Part shown: positions 20,008 through 28,077 of the stretch, piece by piece
How the letters are laid out: each line of letters begins with the position of its first letter
Numbering within the stretch: the stretch's first letter is position 1
Source: a virus
Taxonomy: Duplodnaviria; Caudoviricetes
Length of the DNA: 38,007 bases
Direction: 5' to 3' (one strand)
Virus record (IMG/VR): IMGVR_UViG_3300022179_000796
Span: 1 to 38,007 of that record
Program-made: the position numbers and the translations under genes
The notes under the pieces: generated by a model
What the model saw: only the letters and a program-made list of their open reading frames with translations
Databases searched by the model: none
What the model was told of the DNA's origin: nothing

Positions 20008-20041
20008 AAAGTCTGCAGAAGTCGTCTAAAACACGTTATGC
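20008..20041 (+). other. attI-like recombination site, left array
   Basis: AAAGTCTGCAGAAGTCGTCTAAAACAC-GTTATGC; 31 bp identical to 34670-34700 in inverted orientation; resembles attI1 (GTCGCCCTAAAACAAAGTT). Confidence 0.7.
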
Positions 20042-20506
20042 CGCTTCAGGCGCCCAGGCCGTGAGCGCGAACGCCCGGGGCCTGAACACCACCACGGCGC
20101 TCGGAAAAGGGGCGTTGGCCTCGGCATCGCCAAAGCGCAGCCGCCCGCGCAGCAATCGAACCTCGCCCTTCATCGCGTAGCGGTGCCACCAGTCCGTGTC
20201 GGTGCGGCTCGGCACCAGGCACACAACCGTCGCGCCTTCCTGCGCGGCGCCGTAGGCCTTCCGCATCCAAGCATCGCACTCGCTGTAGGGCGGGTTCATG
20301 AACACTGTCTCCGTGCCCCAGTCGCGCAGCAGGCCGTTCTCTTGGCTGGTGTAGTGCTTGGGCACTTTCTGGTTCGTGCCATCGCTGCATGGGTCCAGCG
20401 TGAAACCGAATTCCTTGTCCAGCGCATCGAACAACCACTGCGGCGTGCTCCACACGTCGGTCTGTGTCTTCCCGCCTGGCGGCAGCAGTATTGAGTCTTG
20501 CAGCAT
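20036..20506 (-). CDS. Phage DNA N6-adenine methyltransferase (Dam family)
   Basis: WSTPQWLFDALDKEFGFTLDPC, NPPY catalytic motif, VCLVPSRTDTDWWH, APFPS. Confidence 0.92.
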   Translation of the reverse strand: MLQDSILLPPGGKTQTDVWSTPQWLFDALDKEFGFTLDPCSDGTNQKVPKHYTSQENGLLRDWGTETVFMNPPYSECDAWMRKAYGAAQEGATVVCLVPSRTDTDWWHRYAMKGEVRLLRGRLRFGDAEANAPFPSAVVVFRPRAFALTAWAPEAA

Positions 20507-20508
20507 GG

Positions 20509-20709
20509 TCAGTACCAAGGGCACTCGGCCCGTTCACCATCAACGCCGCCGCAGCAGCCCTCGTCAGCCCGCGTGCCGCACACGTAGCAGCGCCGCTGCT
20601 CAAAGGCCTGCGCGCGAGCATTTGCGCGTCCATCCACCAGCGGCATAACACGTCGCTCGAAAGGAGCCCCAACGGCTGGCGGCGCCGTGCCTTCTTTATG
20701 TTTGGTCAT
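20509..20709 (-). CDS. Small Cys-rich hypothetical protein starting inside attC L1
   Basis: 66 aa, CYVC...CC...C; ATG lies in the attC loop. Confidence 0.55.
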   Translation of the reverse strand: MTKHKEGTAPPAVGAPFERRVMPLVDGRANARAQAFEQRRCYVCGTRADEGCCGGVDGERAECPWY

Positions 20710-20742
20710 GGCCGTTGTGTCCCTTTCAGCTCTGCGTTATGC
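20643..20742 (+). other. attC-like site L1
   Basis: GCATAAC-acgtc-GCT(C)GAAAGG...CAACGGC/GCCGTTG...CCTTTCAGC-tctgc-GTTATGC: R'', L'' with extra C, L', R'. Confidence 0.85.
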
Positions 20743-21357
20743 AGCAACAGCCGGCGCGCTGACCTTCTGCGCGTCATAGGTGCTGATGGCCCACTGCAGC
20801 GCGTGGCAGCACCACAGGAAACGGTACGTCCACACCTTGCAGTCGCGCTCCCAGTCTTGGAAGCGAAAGCCGTCGTGCTCAAACTCCCACAGCGCCACCC
20901 AGGCATGGTGCTCGCTGTCTTCGGCGGCGGCGCACACCTGTTCGTCAATCTCCTGCCACAGCGCAGCCTTGCGCGGCTCGGGCCAGTCCTCGCTATCGTC
21001 GGTGTGCTGCTCGAAGTAGTCGCGCACCTCGGCTCGAAACTTCTTCTCGCTCCACTCGCGCACGCCGTCGCCTTTGTCGCCGGCTTCCAGCTTCTCGGCC
21101 CAATAGCGCAAGTCAAAGTGGTAAGGCTCGCGGTCCTCCCCGCGCCGGAAGAACCGGAACATGTCTTCCAGCCGCCGGAACACGTAGGTTCCCATATCGC
21201 CCGTGTAGCAAAGGTAGCCCGGCCAGGTCAGCAGGTCGAAGTGCATGCACATCGTATTCGGCCGCTTGAAGCGCAGGTGGCGGCTCACGCCGTCATCGCG
21301 GATCACCTGCATTTGGTGCTGGGCAATGTCACCAGTGAATTGGTCTGCAAAGGTCAT
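20737..21357 (-). CDS. Conserved phage hypothetical protein
   Basis: 206 aa; IRDDGVSRHLRF, FDLLTWPGYLCYTGDMG, YWAEKL; GGAG RBS; stop codon is the TAA of the core site. Confidence 0.85.
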   Translation of the reverse strand: MTFADQFTGDIAQHQMQVIRDDGVSRHLRFKRPNTMCMHFDLLTWPGYLCYTGDMGTYVFRRLEDMFRFFRRGEDREPYHFDLRYWAEKLEAGDKGDGVREWSEKKFRAEVRDYFEQHTDDSEDWPEPRKAALWQEIDEQVCAAAEDSEHHAWVALWEFEHDGFRFQDWERDCKVWTYRFLWCCHALQWAISTYDAQKVSAPAVAA

Positions 21358-21442
21358 CGTGTTTCTCCACCAAGTTGCTGCATAACTGCTCGCTCAAGCG
21401 GGACCTTCGCCGGCAAGCCGGCTCGGCCCCTTAGCTCGGGCG
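20737..21442 (+). mobile_element. Integron-like gene cassette L2
   Basis: Begins GTTATGCAGCAAC (20736-20748); its attC begins with the exact complement GTTGCTGCATAAC (21374-21386). Confidence 0.8.
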
Positions 21443-21448
21443 CTAGGC
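21380..21448 (+). other. attC-like site L2 (69 bp, R' has GCT instead of GTT)
   Basis: GCATAAC-tgctc-GCT(C)AAGCGGGACC..GCCGGC-AA-GCCGGC..GGCCCCTTAGC-tcgggc-GCTAGGC, close to a classical short attC. Confidence 0.85.
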
Positions 21449-21682
21449 GTTCCCGCTGCTCGGCCGCTGCAATTGCATTTCTGCCAGAATCGAGCGCATA
21501 CGGGCGTCAATGGCCTCGTCAAGCGCCGCTTTGAATGCTTCTCCAGACTTGCGGCTAACCTCTGCAAAATGAAAGCCGTGGTATCCCCAGTCGTAACCGT
21601 CATAGCGCTCTCGCGCTTCGGCTTCTTCCGTCTCCGCGCGTAACGTGTCGCGCAGTGCCTGAATCAGTTTCTCTGTGCTCAT
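21443..21682 (-). CDS. Hypothetical protein
   Basis: 79 aa; GAGG RBS; stop TAG lies in the R' of attC L2. Confidence 0.7.
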   Translation of the reverse strand: MSTEKLIQALRDTLRAETEEAEARERYDGYDWGYHGFHFAEVSRKSGEAFKAALDEAIDARMRSILAEMQLQRPSSGNA

Positions 21683-21909
21683 GCCTCACCTCGTTGCGCC
21701 GAATCCTTGATGGCCTGCCATCCCAGCGGCAGAACGCGCCCATATTCAGGCGACCTGAACACCGGCCGCGCTTCCCCCATCGCCTCAAGAGCCACCAGGG
21801 CTTCATAGGTCCGCTCGTGGCTTCCTCCGAAGATTTGCTTGATGCGGTCAACCGGCGTCGGGTCGTGTGACTGGCGCAGGAACTCCAGCGCGGCGGTTGT
21901 GTTGCTCAT
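21679..21909 (-). CDS. Hypothetical protein (possible winged helix)
   Basis: MSNTTAALEFL..., ATGA-coupled, GGAG RBS. Confidence 0.6.
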   Translation of the reverse strand: MSNTTAALEFLRQSHDPTPVDRIKQIFGGSHERTYEALVALEAMGEARPVFRSPEYGRVLPLGWQAIKDSAQRGEA

Positions 21910-22121
21910 TGCGCTTTCTCCGTCAGGCCGCGCCAAGACAATATCTGGTAAGCACTGGCTGCATGCCTAGAAAGCCATGCATCGCGTTTTGACGTTGATA
22001 TGAAACTCCATCGCTCACCATCCCAATACGACCAAACAACGCCTTCAAACGGGCTTTTTCGCTGATACAACCCAACCCGAACCGGCTTCAGCCGACCGTT
22101 GATCCATCCAGTCGTCTTCAT
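21906..22121 (-). CDS. Hypothetical protein
   Basis: KPVRVGLYQR...SYWDGERW small phage protein; coupled to neighbours. Confidence 0.7.
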   Translation of the reverse strand: MKTTGWINGRLKPVRVGLYQRKSPFEGVVWSYWDGERWSFISTSKRDAWLSRHAASAYQILSWRGLTEKAQ

Positions 22122-22954
22122 TGCGTCGTTACTCCTGCTGCCGCAAACACGCGGCGCTTGTAAACGGGGAACTGCTCCAAGGGATCAGGCTCTCCGAGTC
22201 CCAGCTCAACGCCTTTGGCGATGATTCCGGTGGCGCTCTCGGTCCAGTCTTTCAACTCTTCGGCCACACCCTCGGCTGATCCGTCTTCCCATCTCTTTCC
22301 CCGCAGGTAGACCAGCGGGGCTTCGATGAAGCCTTCCTGCCACTTCTTCGTGCCGCGCTTGGCCCGAACGTCGTCGATGATCAGCGTCTGCACGTTGCCG
22401 AGCGAATGCAGCTTCCAGTGCCGTTGGCACGAGGCTTTGTCCTGCTTGCGTTCGTTCTTCGGCCATGCGGTCCAGAACTCGTCAAACCCTGCGGCAGCGG
22501 GGTGAGAAGGCGAAGCCTTCGATATGTCTTTCTTCTCTTCTCTTCTCTTCTCTTCTCTGGTAGACGCACATGTAGACGCTGTGTCGTCTACTTCTTCGCT
22601 ACCGGATCGTCTCCATCTTGCCTGTCTCTCGCTCTTAAGTGCCCGTTTTTTGGCACTTTCCCCGTTGTGGCGCTGGAAGTTCGGAACCGACACGCGACAA
22701 AGGTCGCTATCGACCAAAAGCCATCCGACAGAAACGAGTGCTGATGCGAAGCCATCTTGATACGCAATGGCGTCTATGTCTGCGTCTACAACACCGTCTA
22801 CAACACCGTCTACGGAGTTCTTGTCGAACCAGCCCCATACGCGAGCCAGCTTCCCGACGACGCAGTCTTTGTCAATTCCAAGCCTTCTAGAGATGCGAAG
22901 CACCTCCGGCTTGTCTGACAAGCTCGTTTCTATCTTGATCCACTCGCCTGCCAT
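22118..22954 (-). CDS. Phage replication initiator / replisome organiser
   Basis: MAGEWIKIE...KPEV, VGKLARVWGWFD, REEKRREEK linker, FDEFWTAWPK...YLRGKRWED. Confidence 0.8.
   Translation of the reverse strand: MAGEWIKIETSLSDKPEVLRISRRLGIDKDCVVGKLARVWGWFDKNSVDGVVDGVVDADIDAIAYQDGFASALVSVGWLLVDSDLCRVSVPNFQRHNGESAKKRALKSERQARWRRSGSEEVDDTASTCASTREEKRREEKKDISKASPSHPAAAGFDEFWTAWPKNERKQDKASCQRHWKLHSLGNVQTLIIDDVRAKRGTKKWQEGFIEAPLVYLRGKRWEDGSAEGVAEELKDWTESATGIIAKGVELGLGEPDPLEQFPVYKRRVFAAAGVTTQ
22560..22813. repeat. Iteron-like GTCTAC repeats (candidate replication origin)
   Basis: GTCTAY at 22772, 22784, 22796, 22808 (12-bp period); GTAGAC at 22560 and 22572; GTCTAC at 22586. Confidence 0.5.
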
Positions 22955-23199
22955 CAGACTGGCTCGCTGTTCAGCACGAAGATGCCGCGTGACAGGCCGG
23001 GCCGAAGGCTGATGCGCCCCTTCTTCTGCAGCGCAAGAAGCACCTCGTTTGCAGCGTTCGGGCTGGACCAGCCAAACGCCTCTGAAATCTCTGCGCGGGT
23101 CGGAGGCATCTGGTGCTCTGCTCGGAACGTTTCAACGTACCGGAGCACTGCCGCTTGGTTGTCTGTGAGCATGCGTAGATTATTCACAGTGTTGTGCAT
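22954..23199 (-). CDS. LexA-type DNA-binding-domain-only protein
   Basis: LTDNQAAVL...PPTRAEISEAFGWSSPNAANEVLLALQKKG...SRGI. Confidence 0.8.
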   Translation of the reverse strand: MHNTVNNLRMLTDNQAAVLRYVETFRAEHQMPPTRAEISEAFGWSSPNAANEVLLALQKKGRISLRPGLSRGIFVLNSEPV

Positions 23200-23404
23200 T
23201 TGTCAAGCGCTTCACAACTTTCCACGTAACAAGTCCGCGATACTTGCCCTTGACCAGCTTCTCGTCGTCGCGCAGGCTTTCCAACACCCTGCGCCAAGGA
23301 GATGTGCTTATGCCGTACTCCAGCATCTCTAGGTAGGTGTGCTCATGCCTCTTGAGGCGCTCGATGAGCAGGCGGCCTTGGGTGGCGTAATTGTTGCGTG
23401 TCAT
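23180..23404 (-). CDS. Hypothetical protein (possible HTH)
   Basis: 74 aa, coupled; TQGRLLIERLK...SPWRR. Confidence 0.6.
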   Translation of the reverse strand: MTRNNYATQGRLLIERLKRHEHTYLEMLEYGISTSPWRRVLESLRDDEKLVKGKYRGLVTWKVVKRLTNAQHCE

Positions 23405-23643
23405 GGTTGCTCATTCGGGAATCGATCCGCAATCGCAAGATCACTCAGGAACGCTCGGAAACTGTAGCGACCGGACCCGAAGTCGAGCGCATCCAACTTC
23501 TTCGCAAGCTCAATGCACCGAGCGATACGCTCAAGGCAATGACTGCCGCTGTTGATTGAAGAAACCTCGCGTAGCAGTTGCTCGAAGTTGTCAAGTTCCT
23601 TGCAGCGGCTGTCGTCCCATGTGGCGTTAGGTCTCGGCTTCAT
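23401..23643 (-). CDS. Hypothetical protein
   Basis: MKPRPNATW..., GAGG RBS, ATGA overlaps. Confidence 0.55.
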   Translation of the reverse strand: MKPRPNATWDDSRCKELDNFEQLLREVSSINSGSHCLERIARCIELAKKLDALDFGSGRYSFRAFLSDLAIADRFPNEQP

Positions 23644-23785
23644 GCTTGGTTCCTCTTTGCAACGCACTCTGCGCATTTCTTCATGGACCCGACGCCGCGC
23701 GATCCGGTCATCGACCGCACCGTGTTGCAGTGCATGCACATCCAGCGGCAGGGGACTCCGCCACCGCCTGCGGATTGGCGGGCGG

Positions 23786-24097
23786 TTAGGTCTTTGGTGT
23801 TGCTGAAGCGATTCGCAGAAGTTCCTGCTGCTTTTGGGGCAGGCCAGCGATGCGGATCATTTCGTCGGTTCCGTCGCTGTCGCGGATCGGGCGAAGGCAA
23901 TGATCGGATGCAAACTCGGAAAGTCTGCCGTCAGGAAACATGATCGGCGGGCAAATACGCCATGCCGGCAGCTGAATGCGATAGCTTGGACGAAAACGGT
24001 CAAACCACCGCATTGGGCGAACGCACTTAACGATGACCCCGAACACAACCTTGTGCTGACCGATGTAAATTGCCAAATCACCAGGCTTGCAGTTCAT
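23786..24097 (-). CDS. Conserved phage hypothetical protein
   Basis: MNCKPGDLA...LRPIRDSDGTDEM motif. Confidence 0.75.
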   Translation of the reverse strand: MNCKPGDLAIYIGQHKVVFGVIVKCVRPMRWFDRFRPSYRIQLPAWRICPPIMFPDGRLSEFASDHCLRPIRDSDGTDEMIRIAGLPQKQQELLRIASATPKT

Positions 24098-24100
24098 CGC

Positions 24101-24307
24101 TTATTCCTCGTGCGAGGGAATGACCATCACCGGAGCGCTGACGCCATCAACAAGGCGGGCATCGCACATCCACTGCGTTCCGTCGTGGTAGCTCGGAGCG
24201 GCCATGTCGGTTCCGTTGGAATGGCGACGGTCGCAGTTCGAGCAGATGAGCAGCGGGCGGAGGCTGACGGGAGTTCTGCCGCCTTCGCAGCGTTGTGTCT
24301 CTAGCAT
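24101..24307 (-). CDS. Hypothetical Cys-containing protein
   Basis: MLETQRCEG...CSNC, TGATG-coupled to the HTH gene. Confidence 0.5.
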   Translation of the reverse strand: MLETQRCEGGRTPVSLRPLLICSNCDRRHSNGTDMAAPSYHDGTQWMCDARLVDGVSAPVMVIPSHEE

Positions 24308-24501
24308 CACGCCACCTTTTCCGGCTTCTTCGCCTTGAACGTGCGCAGCGCCTTGGCAAGACGCTCCAGCGTCCCCGACCTGGCTTCTGCCTCGCCATTC
24401 TTGATGCGACGCAGTGTGCGCACGTTGCAGCCCACTAGCGTGGCTAGCTCTGTCAGGTTGTGAACTTCGGCCAGGCGCTTGCGGGCAGTTGAAATGTTCA
24501 T
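24307..24501 (-). CDS. Cro/XRE-like HTH regulator
   Basis: LTELATLVGCNVRTLRRIKNG...TLERLAKAL; first gene of the left arm. Confidence 0.85.
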   Translation of the reverse strand: MNISTARKRLAEVHNLTELATLVGCNVRTLRRIKNGEAEARSGTLERLAKALRTFKAKKPEKVA

Positions 24502-24507
24502 GCCTAC

Positions 24508-24536
24508 ATGCTAGGGCGTTTGTTGCCGCTTTGCAA
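24508..24536 (-). promoter_or_regulatory. Leftward sigma70-type promoter (leaderless HTH transcript)
   Basis: TTGCAA-17 bp-TAGCAT, then 6 nt to the ATG at 24501. Confidence 0.65.
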
Positions 24537-24586
24537 GCGCCATCGACTACGTATAGTCCTACGTGTTTGCGCTTAGAAGAAAGTGC

Positions 24587-24615
24587 TTGCACTAGGACAT
24601 TGCTTGCCGTATGGT
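24587..24615 (+). promoter_or_regulatory. Rightward sigma70-type promoter
   Basis: TTGCAC-17 bp-TATGGT with A-rich upstream sequence. Confidence 0.65.
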
Positions 24616-24678
24616 TCAGTCATCCGCATGCAGATCACGCAGCGTAACCCGGGCACCGCCCGCAACTGGAGAGCAGAG

Positions 24679-24852
24679 ATGGCCAACAAGAAAATGACGT
24701 TCATGCAAGCGTGCAAAGACTTCTTCGGTCTGCACAACGGTCAAACCACGATGGAGTTCGCCAAGGAGATCAAGGCGCTGACCGACGACGACCGCAAGGA
24801 AATCCGCGCTGGGCTGGAGCAGAGCGGCTACGAAATCCTGCAAGCGGCCTAA
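24679..24852 (+). CDS. Hypothetical early protein
   Basis: MANKKMTFMQACKDFFG..., GGAG RBS. Confidence 0.7.
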   Translation: MANKKMTFMQACKDFFGLHNGQTTMEFAKEIKALTDDDRKEIRAGLEQSGYEILQAA

Positions 24853-24928
24853 ACAGCGCAGTCCCTTGCCTGCATTGGTGGGCTTGGGATTGCGCTGCAC
24901 ATCACGCAGCGCCAACTGGAGAGCGAAT

Positions 24929-25057
24929 ATGAATGCATACACCTGGGTCTATCGCGGAGTGCGCAAGTGGGCAACGTTGGACCACGAGCGCCGCCAACTG
25001 GTCGTGACCGACCGCCGTCCTGCTGTTGGCGTCTACGCCATTGGCGGAAGTCTCTAA
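24929..25057 (+). CDS. Hypothetical early protein (42 aa)
   Basis: GGAG RBS; MNAYTWVYRG... Confidence 0.5.
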   Translation: MNAYTWVYRGVRKWATLDHERRQLVVTDRRPAVGVYAIGGSL

Positions 25058-25081
25058 GCACGCAGCGCCAGGAGACAGCAG

Positions 25082-25378
25082 ATGGCAACCGTTCGGATCA
25101 AGGGCTACCTAGTCGCCTATCACTGGCCGCACTTGAAAGAAGGCGAAGTGCATTGGTCGTTTTCCGTACACCACGACGGGAAACTGTCTGGCAACGAGGT
25201 GATGCTGATCCAGCACACGTTCACGGCAGAAGTGCCGGATCGCATCAATGTCGTCGCCGGTCTGGTGCAGGGCTTGGAGGCCGACGGGGTGCAGGCGCTG
25301 AAGACTACCAAGCCACAGTCGCAAGGATCAACGAACGGCTCCAAGCTGCTTGCCATCACCAACAAGGTGTCGGCATGA
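25082..25378 (+). CDS. Hypothetical protein
   Basis: AGGAG RBS; 98 aa; ATGA overlap with the next gene. Confidence 0.65.
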   Translation: MATVRIKGYLVAYHWPHLKEGEVHWSFSVHHDGKLSGNEVMLIQHTFTAEVPDRINVVAGLVQGLEADGVQALKTTKPQSQGSTNGSKLLAITNKVSA

Positions 25379-25815
25379 ACGCCGTTCACGACCCCGTGCG
25401 CCTGGAGCAGAGCCAAGTCGCCGCCCAGGATGACACGATGCAGGCCCTGGCCGAGTTCCGGCCCATGCTGGACGCGCGCCTGCTGCACTACCAACTGCAG
25501 GCGATGACCGCCGAGCGCGATGCGCTGCGCGCTCAGGTCAACGAGTTCAAGGGTGTCGGCGCAATGCCTCAGACCGGCTGCAAGTTCGTGCGGCTGGTGT
25601 TCGGTGCCGGCGATGTGCTGGTCGAGTACGAATACACGCCAGGCCGGCCGGCGAAGTTGTACGGTGAGCCGTGCGATTGCTACCCGGAAGAGCCCGAGGA
25701 ACTCAACATCCTCGGCGTGCTCATCAATGGGCTGTGGTCAGACGCTGAAGACGTGGTTCCAGCGTCTACGCTGGAGCGCTGGACCTTCGAGATTCGAGAG
25801 GCGGAGGCAGCATGA
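25375..25815 (+). CDS. Hypothetical protein
   Basis: MNAVHDP...VEYEYTPG...DCYPEEPEE. Confidence 0.7.
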   Translation: MNAVHDPVRLEQSQVAAQDDTMQALAEFRPMLDARLLHYQLQAMTAERDALRAQVNEFKGVGAMPQTGCKFVRLVFGAGDVLVEYEYTPGRPAKLYGEPCDCYPEEPEELNILGVLINGLWSDAEDVVPASTLERWTFEIREAEAA

Positions 25816-26408
25816 GCGCAGACCTTCACACGCGGATCGCAGCAATGCCGCTGCCGGAGCCGGTAGACGGCGGCTCCATGTACTGCGAAGACTGCGGCGG
25901 CAGCGGGACCGATGGCGACCCCAGGTATCAAAGCGAGTTCCAGCCGCCAGAGTACTACCCGTGCAGGTCGTGCGAAGGCTCTGGCCGATGGAAGGCCAGC
26001 CTTTTCACAGAAGACCAAATGCGTGACGCCCGCCACGCAGCCGCAGAGCTTGCGCTCGCACACGAGGCGGCGGGAGAGCCGGTGGCGCCTAGCCAGCCCC
26101 GGCTGATCGGCTGGAGAACAGCAGACTATCTGATGGAGACGGCCGACAAGAAAAGGGCCGAGAACTGGGCGCAGAACATCGGCGTCCTGCCGATCTTCGA
26201 TGGCGACACCAACACAAAGCTGGTCGCATCCCCTGTCTCGCCGGACCCTGCGGTCAATGCCGAGATGCTGGCGGCGCTGAAGGATCTTCTGTACGAAGTC
26301 GCGTGCGCCGGGCTCAGTGATGCCAAAGACTTCGGGTGGCCTGATGCTGTGGCAAATGCCCGCGCAGCCATCGCCAGCGCCGAAGCGGCGGCGAAGGGGG
26401 TGGCATGA
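25812..26408 (+). CDS. Hypothetical protein with DnaJ-like CxxCxGxG zinc finger
   Basis: CEDCGGSG and CRSCEGSG; C-terminal MLAALKDLL...ARAAIASAE. Confidence 0.7.
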   Translation: MSADLHTRIAAMPLPEPVDGGSMYCEDCGGSGTDGDPRYQSEFQPPEYYPCRSCEGSGRWKASLFTEDQMRDARHAAAELALAHEAAGEPVAPSQPRLIGWRTADYLMETADKKRAENWAQNIGVLPIFDGDTNTKLVASPVSPDPAVNAEMLAALKDLLYEVACAGLSDAKDFGWPDAVANARAAIASAEAAAKGVA

Positions 26409-26602
26409 ACTACCTCCCCGAGCACCGCCGCGCCATCAATGGCCGCACCTACTCGCAGCCCTGGTCCGCTGCTTCGATGGACCCCATCGAAAGCCACGAG
26501 CGCGGCGTCTCCGGCGTCTTCCGCTGGCTCGGAGCTGGCCTCGGCGTGCTGGCTGCGCTGATGCTGTTTGTGCACCTGTTTCTTTCGCAGATTGGAGCGT
26601 GA
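26405..26602 (+). CDS. Small membrane protein
   Basis: C-terminal hydrophobic helix; coupled start. Confidence 0.6.
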   Translation: MNYLPEHRRAINGRTYSQPWSAASMDPIESHERGVSGVFRWLGAGLGVLAALMLFVHLFLSQIGA

Positions 26603-26973
26603 CCGTGCGTTTCACCCACCACCTTGACAGATTCTGCGCCGCCCTGGTTGCGGCTGCGAGTCTGTTGCCGCGCGCCGACGCGGGCTTGTGGTGGCCTGCG
26701 GCAATGCCGCCAATGTCGGCCTTCAGTGATCGCGGCGCCAGGACCGCCGCAAGAGGCATCGCTGACCAGTGCCGGGGCCAGTCGTCGGCCTTAAAGAGAC
26801 GAATCCGCCTGATGGGGCGCCGGTGCTGCTGGCGACAGAAGACCGGGACCGTCGCGCCGAGTAAGTACCTGATGGCATCGGTTACGTCCCCACAAGAAGC
26901 GACATAGACCGCTGTCGAGCGCAGCCCCTTCCGCCTGATGGGCGGTTGGGATTGCACTCCCAACCAAAGGAGC

Positions 26974-27252
26974 ATGACCATGACCGCATCCACCCCGCGC
27001 CGCATTCCCCTGCGCGCCGACATCGAACCCCTCGGCGCCTGGTCCTCGCAGCCGCGCGACATGACGGACCCCGGCTCGATCCTCGCGGATGGTGTCGCAC
27101 GGCAGCGCGCCGCGGACCCGGCGATGGACAGCGCTGAGGGCTGCGCGGGTGACGACCAGAGCGACGGCGATCCGCTGGGCGGCCTGAAGGTGGCCGGCGC
27201 TGTCGCGGCTTTCGCCGTCTTCTGCGCTGCCGTTGTCGCTACGTACCTCTGA
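26974..27252 (+). CDS. Small membrane-anchored protein
   Basis: AAGGAG RBS; C-terminal hydrophobic helix. Confidence 0.6.
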   Translation: MTMTASTPRRIPLRADIEPLGAWSSQPRDMTDPGSILADGVARQRAADPAMDSAEGCAGDDQSDGDPLGGLKVAGAVAAFAVFCAAVVATYL

Positions 27253-27270
27253 ACCTCAACTGAGATCCAC

Positions 27271-28077
27271 ATGAACGCTCTCACCCACTACGAAACTCCG
27301 ACGCTGCACAGCTTCGATGACATGCTGCGCATGGCTGGCGCAATGGCCGAATCGAAGCTGTTCGGCATCCAGACGCCGCAACAGTACCTGACGCTCATGC
27401 TCGTGGCGCAGTCCGAAGGCCAGCACCCGGCTACGGTTGTGCAGGACTACGACATCATTCAGGGCCGACCGGCGCGCAAGACGCACAGCGTGCTGGCCCG
27501 TTTCCAGGCTGCTGGCGGTTCTGTGCAGTGGCACGACTTCACCGAAGAGAAAGTCAGCGGCACGTTCACGCATCCGAAGGGCGGAAGCCTCAAGATCGAG
27601 TGGACGATCGACATGGCCGCACGCGCAGGCCTGTCCGGCAAGGACAACTGGAAGAAGACGCCACGCGCCATGCTGCGCGCTCGGTGCATCGCAGAAGGCG
27701 TGCGCGCCACCTACCCGGCCGCCCTGGGTGGGCAACTGATCGTCGAGGAAGCCGCGGACTTGCCGCCGGCATCCGACATCGCGCCGACGCAGTTCGTTGA
27801 GCGTGTCGAGCCGGCTCGGTCGGCTCTGCCCGCCTACACACAGGCCGACTTCGCGAAGAACCTGCCCGCCTGGACCAAGCTGGTCGCAGACGGCAAGAAG
27901 ACCGCCTCCGACCTGCTGGCCACGCTGAGCACGCGCGCCACGTTCAGCGAAGAGCAGCGCGCCGCGGTGCTGGCGCTGAAGCCGAAGCAGGCCGAGGCGC
28001 CGCCGCCGGCCGACACGCAGCCCGGGCCCGACCCGTTCGTCACCGACATGGAAGCCGCCGAAGGAGCGCCGCAATGA
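27271..28077 (+). CDS. RecT/Bet-like single-strand annealing protein
   Basis: IIQGRP, NWKKTPRAMLRARCIAEGVRATYP; adjacent to the exonuclease. Confidence 0.75.
   Translation: MNALTHYETPTLHSFDDMLRMAGAMAESKLFGIQTPQQYLTLMLVAQSEGQHPATVVQDYDIIQGRPARKTHSVLARFQAAGGSVQWHDFTEEKVSGTFTHPKGGSLKIEWTIDMAARAGLSGKDNWKKTPRAMLRARCIAEGVRATYPAALGGQLIVEEAADLPPASDIAPTQFVERVEPARSALPAYTQADFAKNLPAWTKLVADGKKTASDLLATLSTRATFSEEQRAAVLALKPKQAEAPPPADTQPGPDPFVTDMEAAEGAPQ

Larger units (their letters stand above)
20036..20736 (+). mobile_element. Integron-like gene cassette L1 (Dam plus small Cys-rich gene, both antisense to attC)
   Basis: Begins GTTATGCCGC (20035-20044); its attC begins with the complement GCGGCATAAC (20640-20649). 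Confidence 0.8.

Noticed and set aside
21449-22120. Further cassettes beyond attC L2, and likewise beyond attC R3
   Set aside because: I found no complementary R'' for GCTAGGCGTT or GTTCGACTCC and no further attC hairpin by eye; degenerate sites cannot be excluded.
22530-22558. TCTTC pentamer run as a functional DNA repeat
   Set aside because: It encodes the REEKRREEK linker common in phage replication proteins.
26800-26945. CTGATG motifs as a hammerhead ribozyme core
   Set aside because: They read CTGATGG rather than CTGANGA, and I found no properly placed GAAA.
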